From the NCBI GenBank assembly GCA_951804945.1, contig OX638158.1, positions 48,174,001 to 48,238,000 of the forward strand: 64,000 nt of DNA. The letters run 5' to 3'. Numbering within the stretch: the first letter of the stretch is position 1; each line of letters starts with the position of its first letter. This DNA is from Podarcis cretensis (Eukaryota). Positions 25,287-38,100 of this stretch are shown piece by piece. Under the pieces are notes generated by a model. That model worked only from the letters and a program-made list of their open reading frames with translations, was not told the origin of the DNA and made no database searches. A program made the translations under genes and the position numbers.

Positions 25287-28200
25287 CATACCGTGGAAGG
25301 GGGCACTTGCCACTTAGCCTTTCATCTTCTATGTAGCGATACAGCACATCTTGTGATCGTTTTAAGAGAACTGAAAGTGCCATTCGTGAAATGTAGCCTT
25401 CTTGAGGAGTTGTCACTTTATTACTGAATGAAAACTGAAGCAATGTTTCAAAACACATCTTTGAAAATTCCTCTCTCATACGAATATCAATTTCGGCTTC
25501 TGTCAAAAACAAACAAAAAACTATTTAAATGTACTTATTGAAATATATTATTCTAAATGAATGTTGGACTAACAGAGCGTATGGGAAAGGATAATGATTA
25601 CAAAAGCAAATTGTATCTGAGATAACATACATATAAATATATACATTAAAAGTACAAAATACCTGGGGGTAAACTTAACATCCAAGAATGTGAATTTATT
25701 TAAGGATAATTATGAAAAATGTTGGTCAGAAGTTAAAAAGGATCTGGAAATATGGTCAAGGCTGAAACTCTCCTTGTTAGGCCGAATCGCTACTATTAAG
25801 ATGAATGTATTGCCTAGAATGCTGTTTTTATTCCAGACGTTGCAGATTGTGGACAAGATGGACTGTTTCAAGAAGTGGCAGAAAGACATATCAAAATTTG
25901 TCTGGCAGGGCAAAAAGCCCAGAATTAAATTTAAGATTTTAACTGATGCAAAGGATAGAGGGGGGTTTGCCCTGCCGGACTTAAGACTTTATTATGAATC
26001 AGCAGCCTTCTGCTGGTTGAAACACTGGCTACTTCTTGAGAATACTGACATTTTGGATCTGGAAGGGTATGACAATAGTTTTGGTTGGCATGCATATTTA
26101 TGGTATGACAAGGTAAAGGTGTATAAAAGTTTTAAAAACCATATTGTAAGGAAAGCATTGTACAATGTTTGGATTAGATACAAAGATTTGTTGGAAAGTA
26201 AAACCCCTAGGTGGGTGTCACCAATGGAAGCTAGGGAAGTAAAAAAGCTTAATATGGATTCTAAATGGCCAAAATATCATGAGATCATAGAATACGATGG
26301 TGAAAGGGTGAAACTTCAGAGTTATGAGAAACTAAAACCTAAGGTTCGAGATTGGTTGCATTACTATCAGATAAATGAGACGTTTAAACAGGACAGGAAA
26401 ATAGGATTTCAGAAAGAGAAGTCAAAATTAGAAACAGAATTGTTGGAACCCAATACTAAGAATTTATCAAGAATGTATAACTTGCTGTTAAAATGGAATA
26501 CACAGGATGAAACGGTGAAATCAGCTATGATCAAATGGGCACAAGATATAGGTCATGATATCATGTTTGCTGACTGGGAACAATTATGGACCACCGGTAT
26601 TAAATTTACTGCATGTAATGCTTTAAAAGAAAATATTATGAAAATGATATACCGGTGGTACATGACCCCAGTCAAGCTAGCAAAGATTTACCATTTGCCT
26701 AATAATAAGTGTTGGAAATGTAATGAGACTGAAGGCACTTTCTACCACCTTTGGTGGACCTGCCCAAAGGTTAAAGCTTTCTGGGAAATGATCTATAATG
26801 AAATTAAGAAGGTCCTTAAGTGGACTTTTCCTAAGAAACCAGAGGCTTTCCTTTTGGGTATGGTGGGCCAAGTGGTGTTAAGAAAGGATAGGACTTTTTT
26901 TATGTATGCCACTACAGCAGCAAGAATTCTACTGGCAAAGTATTGGAAGACGCAAGAATTACCTACTCTGGAAGAATGGCAAACAAAGGTGATTGATTTT
27001 ATGGGACTGGCCGAGATGACGGGCAGAATCCGGGACCAGGGGAAAGAGACAGTGGAAGAGGACTGGAAGAATTTCAAAATATATCTTAAAAATAATTGTA
27101 AAATTGAGGAATGTTAAGATGTCAGGGGGTAAGAAGTAAAGAATTGCAGCAGTAAACAAAAAAAAACTTAAGAAATATTTACGAAAAGGAATTAAGACAA
27201 TGGACTTAAGGGTTGCTAAAGAATTATTAAACAAGGATGCAGGGATGGGGAGGTATGGGGAAGTCAAAGAAAAAAGGTTATGAACCGATGAGTATGAAGT
27301 TATATTGTGTTATATTGCTGTTTATTATCTGTGTGGAAAATTAATAAAAATTATTATAAAAAAAAAAAAAAGTACAAATAAACTGGACAATTTTAATCAC
27401 GTTTAAAAATAAGTCTCTTGTGAACTATTCAGCTGTGCTAAAGAATAAAACAACACTAATCTAAAGGGTTTATCTGTGCCTAATTATTCATCTAGTGCAC
27501 ATGCTATTTAATATTTTCAGGCCAAATGTTTAATGTATAAGGAATCCTTCCATGTGTCTCCTTATACGACTTTATTGTTTGGTTAACATACCTGTAAATG
27601 AAGATGACTGCGAATGTATAGAGCCTTTATTGAGCATAGTCATAATTTGACCAACAAATTCCTTGGGAATAAAGTTAGCATAAGGCAGTATCTCTGTGCT
27701 GATGAGCTGCACCACCTATAACAGATGAGAACATATAAATGTTATGTTGAAAATTCATTCACCAGAAGTTCATTAATACCCAGGAGATTTGGACCCCGTT
27801 GCAGAAATAAATAATGTCAACAAACATATATAAACATATATATAAAGAACCTCTGCCTTTTTAGCATGAGATCTGTACACACATGGCCCATGTCTAGGGT
27901 GAAGAACAAGAGCAAGCTTTGGGCTCTTATACCCTCCCTGCACTATCAAAAGAACCCTGAATGTGAACACATAGGTGCATTAATCCTTACCTGAATAGGT
28001 TCCTGGTATATTAACTAAATAACATAACCTAGTTTTTATTAATTAAACATTTTGCTAGCAAATACTTTGAGTCACTTGACAGGAAATATGCACTCACCTC
28101 AACATCAATGCTTTCATTTCTCTGAAACTCTTGAATAGAAAGATTATCTGGAGGGGAACTGAAAGGAAATGGAGAATAGCCTTAACATATGGGATTGAGA

Positions 28201-29087
28201 GACCAATTTGTTTGTTTGTGTGTGTGCGCGCGCACACAATTGCTTTATATGTTTTATTGTGTTGTGAAAACGTTTTGAGATGCTTCACAAGAAACAATTA
28301 ATATATGAAATTCACAATATTATATGAGGAACCACGGGACGAAGCTTTTCAGACCCTTGACCATACTAAATATCCCAGTGTGAAAATCCTTTATGAGCAA
28401 TTTGAGTATATTTAAATAGTTTACAATCCTTATATATTTCAACTTGCAAATTGTATTTAATTTTCTTATTTTGCAAATGGGGAACTGAGGCTGATACTCA
28501 TATCCAGTAAGCCACACAGCAGCGGGATTTGAAAGAGTAGATCATGCACTGAACCACACAGTCAAAAGACATTTACTGCGGACACTTTCTTTTTATACCT
28601 TCCTGTTTCATTTCATGCTTAATCAACTTAGTATATTAAACTGGACAGTTGAAGGCAGATTATTCTTGCACTTACTATAAATGAAATAATACATCCCTAT
28701 CTTTTCAGCTTTCAAGTGAGACAAAGACACACGGCAGAACACAACACTGTTGAATGCTATTATGTCTTTTTGCATCTCAAAACAAGGAATAATTATTCTG
28801 ACTTTTCAGAGAGCCTCTCACTGTTTTTCAAAATGTCAAGTACAGAATTTGACAAGCACAGAATTTTCCTTTATCACAATTTAGGTAACTATTGCAAACT
28901 ATCTGGTATATTGAAAGGGCTAATTAAATTACTGTGTGCCTGCAGAGACAGAAGGCAAGACCATCTCCCAAACATTATGTTATGTTTCTACTGCATAAAC
29001 ACTGTGCTGGCCATAGTTAAATATTTAAATTCATTTTCTGTGAAACAGAAAATGAGCAGTGGGATATTGATATAAAAATAGTGGGTC

Positions 29088-29128
<41 letters not shown>

Positions 29129-32100
29129 TGATGTAATGGTGATACTAAGCTGCCAGGCTTCTGTCAGCAAAATAGAGAGAGAAAGAATTCTCAGCAATTC
29201 CTTCTCTCTGCACTGCAGACCTCCACCCCAATTATTACAGCTGGGTGACCCTCTGGAGCCAGTTTGGAAGCAGAAAGAGGGCTGGAGACTGAAGAGGGGG
29301 AAGAGGAGTAGCTGAAAACTGTTTTTCTTCCTTTTCTGCTGACACTAGTCTAACTGTCAGCTGATCACATCTTTCCCACTGCATGGGGAGTTTTAAGAAA
29401 TTGTGACTCAGCATATGCTTGGCTCAACAAGGCTTAATAGTCAGACTTCTTGGGCATGAATGTTCACTATAGTGTAAGAGCCAAAAACTTTAGAAACACT
29501 CAATATTAGGTTTCACTTATTGGTACAGTACTGCTATTTCATCCTTATTTGTTGGACCAGTTCAGCCTATATTCACCAGCTAAAGACTACAAAGTTTTTA
29601 GTACACATGCCCATCTAGCTTTTGAGAACCTTTAGCGCAGAGCTTTCCAAACTTTTCATGTTGGTGACACACTTTTCAGACATGCATAATTTCATGACAC
29701 AGTAATTCAGTTTTACTATCAAACCAGAGGTTAAACTAATCCCTTTCCAGCCCCGGGAGGAAGAAGAAGAAGAGTTTGGATTTGATATCCCACTTTATCA
29801 CTACCCTAAGGAGTCTCAAAGTGGCTAACAATCTCCTTTCCCTTCCTCCCCCACAACAAACACTCTGTGAGGTGAGTGGGGCTGAGAGACTTCAGAGAAG
29901 TGTGACTAGCCCAAGGTCACCCAGCAGCTGCATGTGGAGGAGCAGGGAATCAAACCCAGTTCACCAGATTAAGAGTCCACTGCTCTTAACCACTACACCA
30001 CTCTGGCAGGAAGCATTCACACGACACGCCGGCACACTAATGTGTTGCGGCACAGGGTTTGGAAAGCTCTGCTTTACTGACACAGAATGGGGAAAAAACA
30101 ATGAGCCTCAAAGTTTTCATAAGGTAATATAATTTAGGAAATTACATAATGGTGTTAATTCTCATAATTTGCATCTGTGTCGACTTAGCGCTTTCCTAGT
30201 CATGGAACCATTCCAAAGTTTGAGGAAGAATCAAGTGTTCTAAGACAGAGGTGTTTAAGAGCCAATTTCATAAATAATAAAATCAGATGTGTTCTTCACT
30301 CCGTCTTTAATCCCACACAAACAAGAAGTTGCACTTTACCTTTTAGTAAATAAAAAGTTTTCAAAAGTGTTGGCTAACTCTGGCCACATGCTGTCAAATT
30401 TTCCAGAGGAAGCATGCTGCCTTGCAACTGGTAGGCCAATGGAGAGAACTTTCAGGAGAGAAGAAACTGCCAGCTTCCAGGTGCTTTCTGAAGGACAAGC
30501 ATACTTCAAACTAAGTGGCATTCTCAATGTCTGCAAAAATAAGTATGCTTACGTAAGTCAAACAGTAAGGTGTACAAGAAAGAAATGTGCACTTTATTAT
30601 TTTTTGTACTTGTAACACAAAGAAAGAAGCTCACTTAAAGTACAGATCAAATACAGAAATAGAGAAAGAATGTGCCTGCAGGCAAGGAGGACAGAAAGAA
30701 AAAGAAGCAAAAGTGGGCACCTGGGTTTCCCCATGCAAACATTACAGGACCGGAAGGGAAGACGGGAGTGTCATGACAGTGAACAATAATAATGGAAATA
30801 GACAAATTTTGGGAATTTTGTAATACTAAAATGCTTTTTACTGTCTAGTTCCGAATACTCCAGTCTTACATTTGATAGAAACCCATTTTCAAAATGAATA
30901 TAAATGCTAATCCACACAGGCCATTTCATTTGGTTTGCACATGTGGAAATTTCAAATACTATTCTTGGGGTAAAAAATTTTCACTGTGCATTCCTACTAA
31001 AAAATGGTAATGTTTGAAATGCACATATATCAAGAAGTCACAGCCAATTCCTTTCCCTCAGTTTGTGTGTGCCATGACTGCTTTGTCATTAGGCAGGAGC
31101 AAAAACTGACTGGGAGCCATCTAATCCCCAAGAGTTTCTTCTCCTGCTTTCATGTTCTTGGTGCAGCAAGAGCCCAACCTGACGATGCCAGCAGGAAATC
31201 CATGGTTATCATCGTTATTTATATATGTATAAATGTCTCTGTGTGAATATATATACACAGAATCATGAAGAAAACAAATGTCACATAAACCCAGCAATGT
31301 GTTTCTAAATGTGATAGAGGTTAGTCATTACATGCCAGCCAACTGCAGATTTTATTCAATTACACTAGTACTAGGACATCCTAGTCCTCTTGCTTCCGAT
31401 TACCATAGTCTAGTCTCCAACAGCGGCATTGTTTTCCAGTGTGCAAGGGACTAAAACAAAGAATCCAAGCACCAACTATATGGGTAACTGTCAAAGTTGA
31501 CCCAAATTTCTGCAGAATATATTTATGGACAGTAATTATTGTAACACAAAATGGTTATGGCCAAAATCAAAACACAATCACTCTTAGTGCTCCAGAGCCA
31601 TTCCACAAGCTAACCTCAGAGCAGAACTATAATTAAAGAATTATCTTAAAATTTATATATGAATATTTACCTTGATAATATTTTGAAGAACTCTCTCATT
31701 TACAACAGCTTTGTGACAAGCTGTCTTTTGGTACAGGTCTACCACAACTTCTAAAGACCTCTCAGCAAATGGTACATAATTCAATGCCACCCACTCTGCC
31801 TAGAAAAGTAAGATTGGGACATCAGTGCATGTAGAGAAACAAGACTATCTGAAAAAAAACAAATCCTGCAATGGACCTATTTTGATGCCATGCAAAAGAA
31901 TTTGAAAATTCCACAAGGAAAATTATTTGATCCATGAAAAACTTACAAAAAGAAATCTTCCAAGCCCTCACACATACAGAATTGAGAATAGGGGTGCACA
32001 ATTGAAATTTAAAAGTAATTTTTAAGCAAGTGAAATGTTGCAATTTATGCAGCAAGAACACTAAGCACAATCTTTAAAGAATTTGAACTCACCGGTGCAA

Positions 32101-35100
32101 ACAGTTGTATCTATTGTGATTCCATTGTGTTGCATGATAAACAGAATAAGGGAAAATTAATACACATACACACAGTATCTATTAAAATTCTGATGACTCA
32201 TTCTTCTGTTGAGTATGATTAGTATTGTAAATGCATTCAAAGCAATGGTATCACAAAACAGAAGAATGAAAAGAGAGCCTAACAGGAAAATTTAGAATGC
32301 AAAACTGAGTGCAGGTTGATTAAAGCAACTTTGTTAGGCTAATATAGATCTATTTTGCTAGTTTTCACTACAAATGTATAGTTTTCTTTTCTAATAGAAT
32401 GCAGTCTCAAAATGGAAAGGTAACAAGAAAAAAAAGGAAAGAACTTGAAATGAAAAACCAGCAAACATTTATTAAATTAGTTGATAACACAAATGTCCAA
32501 ATGCAGGAAAATGATGGCATTTAAATAACTCATGCAAAGCTGATCATATCTGGAAGCCAGTGACCTCAAAAAGAGACTGCTAAAATTCAACACACCTCAC
32601 CTGATTGTATTTTGCATTTGCAATGTGTTTTGTTTCTAGCTGTCCATATTGCGGTGGTTTACAGGAAAATTCAACAAATGCCAGCAACTGATCAAAGATA
32701 GCAGGATACATTATTTGCATGCTTTCTGAACCCACACATATGGCCTATAAGAAGCAAAACGAAAGCATTAATATTTCTAGAAACATAAAGCACGCAATAA
32801 TGCAGCTCAGGGCCATTCAATAAAGCTCCGTTTTAAAAGATTCAGGGCAGATAAAAGAAATTACCTCCCTCACAAAGCAGCTGGCTGAACTACGGAATTC
32901 GTTATCACAAGATGTAGTTAGAATGACAAACTTGGATGGCTATAAAAGAATCAGATTCATGGAGAAGTGTATCAAAGGCTGATAGCCAAAATTGCTATGT
33001 CCTACCTCCACCATCAGAGGCAGTATTTCTCTGAATACCGATTCCTGGGACTCACAAGTGGGGAGAGTTCTGCTGCACTTAGGTCCTGCTTGCAAACTTC
33101 CCAGAGGCATCTGGTTGTCTTCTGGGAGAATAGGATGCTAGGCTAGATGGTGGGACTTTGGTCTGATCCAGCAGACCTCTTCTTATATTCTTATCAACAG
33201 TACAGTGGTACCTTGGGTTAAGAACTTAATTCGTTCTGGAGGTCCGTTCTTAACCTGAAACTGTTCTTAACCTGAGGTACCACTTTAGCTAATGGGGCCT
33301 CCTGCTGCTGCTGCACCATTGCTGCACGATTTCTGTTCTCATCCTGAAGCAAAGTTCTTAACCCAAGGTACTATTTCTGGGTTAGCGGCGTCTGTAACCT
33401 GAAGCGTATGTAACCTGAAGCGTATGTAACCCAAGGTACCACTGTATATGGCATAAGCACACAAACAAGAGGGTTCTGGCCATATATTGTATGGAATGAT
33501 AGAAATGGAAGGGACCTTAAAGGCCATCAAGCCCAACCTCTGTTTGCTGCGACGATGATTAAGTTTGATTTTGGTTATGAAGTATCTCTCTTCCTGGCCA
33601 CAACACACATACACACTGTCAACAATTTGAAAGCATGTGTTACAAGAATCTGAGAAGCTGTGGGCATTTAGTTTCCGAAGCATGAAGAAAGGGTCAACAA
33701 ACTACTAACTAGCACACACAAAACATACATTGGATGCATTCCAGTCTGTGGAACTGTGACAACAGCGTTCAGAAGGGGTGTTCTGTAATATTATAACAGA
33801 AAATATGCATCAATTGCTGGGGTTAACTTGGTAACTGCTCTGCCAGGGTGGATTTGATTTAAATCACGAGTCAGTAAGACTTGATGTAAATCACGAGTCA
33901 GTAAGACTTGATTTAAATCATGTTTTTTGCAGAAAGACTCATTCTTGCTGGTATAATCTTAATATCTACAACCAGATGAAGGTTTCATTTTTGGAATAAT
34001 AAATTTTCAGAGTAGTTTTTACAGTTATATCAAAAATTACTGATTTGGTTATACTATTAGAAATACATAGACAGATAATTATGAAATTATTGTGAGGTTC
34101 AATAAGTTAACTGTTTATATTTGGACAACTTTTCTGCTGTACTTTATTGGAAGGAGAAAAATAATGATTTCCTTAATAAAAATTTAAACAATTTATTTAA
34201 CTAAAACAATAACATTATAGCATATGTATCCATGTTTGCTTACTGATATGGTTAAACGGTTTGGTTTTGTTTTTTTAAAAAATTAGATTGAGTTTTGGAA
34301 CACATGAAAAGCTTAAAACAAATCCTTATTTCCTAATGAATAGCCTTTGGACTATAATGTAACTTAAACAGAAAACTATCCTTAGGAATTTTTTTCCTCC
34401 CAAGGTATTTTATTTTAAAAATCTGATTTAAATTAAAAAAAATCCGATTTAATTTTTTTAAAATCTTTTTTTTATTATTACTTTTTTTTAAAATCGTTGT
34501 TATCCACCCTGTGCTCTGCATTTATTCCACAATAGAACATTTAAAAATAAGATCAAATAAGAACTCTCAGTACAATCTTATCCTTAAATTACACTAAACA
34601 GATGGGAACTCAACTAAAATTCCACTCTGCGTAAAATACAATCTTATATAATGTTATGGTTGTGATGGTGGTACACAATGCCAGTGCATGTGACAAAAAG
34701 AAGTGGATTTCAGGGTGTTGCAGGTGCAGAGAAGAGCTTAGTCTGAATCCTATGCTTTGTTAGATCTTCACTGTCCTTGACAATGGCATAACATGATGTC
34801 ATCAAAAGAAGTGGATTAAATTCACACACACTCCAACGTCTCCCTTTTCCACAGGTTAGACACCAATTCAATACTTATAAAGTATGTTTCTCACAGTGTT
34901 ATGTAGTCCACAAGTAAGACTTATAGTAGTGTGTGACCAGTGGGAAATAAACTATTCCTATGAGGGGATGCCTTCTTTTTTCACCCTGGGCGTCTCAAAA
35001 TGTTCACATTGCACAGCAACATAACTGGTTCAGCAGTGATGGAAACTCGCTTCTCCTGTTTCTCAGTGCACTGCTTTCTCCTCAATATTACCAACCAGCT

Positions 35101-38100
35101 CATGATATTTATTAAAGGTAATAGTAAAGGGACCCCTGACCATTAGGTCCAGTCGTGGCCGACTCTGGGGTTGCAGTGCTCATCTTACTTTATTGGCCGA
35201 GGGAGCCGACGTACAGCTTCTGGGTCATGTGGCCAGCATGACTAAGCTGCTTCTGGAGAACCAGAGCAGCGCATGGAAACGCCGTTTACCTTCCCGCCGG
35301 TGTAGTACCTATTTATCTACTTGCACTTTGACGTGCTTTCGAACTGCTAGGTTGGCAGGAGCAGGGACTGAGCAATGGGAGCTCACTCCGTCATGGGGAT
35401 TCGAACCACCAGCCTTCTGATCAGCAAGTCCTAGGCTCTGTGGTTTAACCCACAGTGCCACCTGCGTCCCCCCATGATATTTATTACTGTGAGCTTATTC
35501 CTATAAGTAGGCATTTTTCTTTGTCTCTGTGTCCTCTATATTTATTACTTGAAATAACTTTCCAACCCCCTCACACCGCAATGCAAACATAAATACGATG
35601 TGTTCTATGCACATTGAGTGGAATAAGTGGCACCACAGTGAGGCTGCAGAATGGTTGCTGCATTTAGCATGATACTCTTTCCTTCTTCATATGAGTATGG
35701 CTAATTCTTTATCAAAAGGCTGCTGGTGGCTCTGTCTTGACTTCCAAGGGATCCTCTGTGTAAAGGGAGCCTTAAAGCTTATGGCTGAAAGTATCAGCTG
35801 CTGATTCTTAACCCATAAGCCACCTGTACCTCTCACATAATCAACTTTGGCATTTTCTTTAAAATATCATACACAATTATTCTTGGTTCACTGCAATTCT
35901 GTATGAATGTCTGATTCAACAACTTTATGAAGATGACCTAACTGCAAATGTAATCTGCTGAAGTCACGTTTGAACAGGAAAAAACCTGCAGCAAGCAGAA
36001 AAGACAGGCCTGGAAGAAGCTCTCAAGGAGCAAAAGTACCTTATAAAACTATTACCGTTGCCAATTATATCTACCAATATTTAACCAATTCACATTATAG
36101 ATGGCAATATGAAGTTGCGTGTCTGCCTTTCAGAAAGAATTTAAAAACTACATTATTACCTTTTGTAAGACATCTAAAGCTGTTAGAACCGCTTCTTGCA
36201 AACTTGTTAGAACTGCCTCCGTGTATGATGGTAGGATGAAAGGGGATGCATCTGAACTGATTGGAACAGAAACTGCACCATGTAGAATAACACCCAATTT
36301 TTGGAGATCATCCATACTGAAACCTGTTTTGATGTGCTGGTAAAGGGCTGGGAATATCTGTATTAAAGCTGTTAGAAAAGGCTGGCTGGGGATAAAAGTC
36401 ATTTTATCGCAAGAAACTGGAGGCTTTGTGCTTTCTGAGCCAATCCTAAACCAGCTGTTCCAGGCAGCCCACCAAAGATTCAAGTCTTCAATTTCATCTG
36501 TTATTACAGGAGGTTCTGCAACATTATACCTTCCAATCCTTTCTCCTATAGAATCAGTTCTCATAAAAGATCTTCCAAGGCCAGTGGCAGTCACTGTTCC
36601 TATGAGGACAGGCACAGGCATATTAATAGCAGGTGGTGTGTCAGGTTTTTCAGTTTCTCTAACAGGGGACACAATTTGTAAGATTTCCTGAAAGCTTTTC
36701 AAAGCAGCCAGAGAAACTTCGTTGTTTTTGCTGAGTGCAGCTGACTGGATGTGATCAAGGAGGACATCCCAAGCTTGAGAAAAATCTCCTGTTGGGGAAA
36801 AAGAAGTTTCAGAAAGTGGTCCATTTCATTATCATGCCCCCCCCTTCTCCTTTTTAAAAGTGACTTTTAGTAAGTGGCATAATTATGACGATACATCGTA
36901 AGAAAAAAGCTCAGCAGGAGAAATCAGAGGATAGGTTTGCTATATAACCAAGAACACACTGTTACAAGGCAGCATTTATGATCTGTGGTTACAGAATATG
37001 GAGTATATTATTTGCACTTACTGCTTTTCTTTTTTTTACAAAATGTAACTCAAAGTGACTTACAAAAATAGCACATTCGAAAAAACTAAAGCAGAGTAAA
37101 AGCTAAAAATGCTTTCGTATTTATAAAAAGGCAGGACTAGGAGGCCAGATAAGGCCAGGCAGCAGAGGGTGTGTTGTAACCTGTTCTGAGATTATTTTAT
37201 GATGCATGGTGGGATACAAATCTTAATAAATAAAAAAAAATCAACCTATAACTGTGGGATCTTCCCCATCCCAAGTAAAATATATTCACTGGCCATAAAC
37301 ATGCAAAGAAGACATTATACCTAAGGACTGTAGAAGGTATCTCCTTGTGTTAAATATTCTAGCTACTCCAGCCAACGTTAACACCCATGTTTCAGCCCAC
37401 TGTTTCTCTGCTGTATCTCTTGAATGGTGAATGAGGATATTGCCACCACCAGACTCAATCTTCTCTTTATCAGCCGTTGTAGACGACTCCCTCACTCGAT
37501 CCAGCAAATGAAACAGAACCTATAAAACAAAGCATTCCAGAACTTAATAGTCTAGCCGTTTCTTGCAACTGAAGCTTACAAAATAATAAACAAAAATGTG
37601 GGCCTCAGGCGAAGTATGTGAAAGATTCCAGTTTACTTAACTTTACCAACACCAACATTTTAAGCCTATAGATGTTTGCTCAGAAGTATCAGTATATTTC
37701 AACACCATGTTCACCTGGAAGTTCACAACCACACTTAAAATAGTCTGCACTGACAAGCACTCCACTATGTTTTCTCAAAAAGTATTTGCTGCAACATGCC
37801 TGACACTGACTGCAATGGGAGTTCATAAAGGTGTGTTCCAATATCAGTGACTTTGTAGAAAATGTGGAAGCACATCTTTCAAAAACTGCACAGCTTCCAT
37901 CTTAGCTAAGATGCACATGAAGCAGAATGTCATGAATGTTAAGATAAGAGAGACAGAAAGGAAAAATAGATTATGCATGAGAAGGAAGTTGTACATCTAT
38001 AAGGCAAATTATTAAGAAGCCCATGTTGCAGTTTAAAGTACCGTATTTTTCGCTCTATAACACGCACCTGACCATAACACGCACATCGTTTTTAGAGGAG

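Noticed and set aside
25690-27117. 475-aa ORF as a novel host gene
   Set aside because: It is the C-terminal half of LINE-1 ORF2, bounded by a TSD and poly(A); it has no ATG start and lacks the endonuclease and most of the RT domain.
31060-31200. Possible intronic H/ACA snoRNA (TCCTGCT/AGCAGGA stem, AGAAGA, then ACA on the minus strand)
   Set aside because: The second hairpin is weak and I recognise no family; an Infernal/Rfam or snoGPS hit would be needed.
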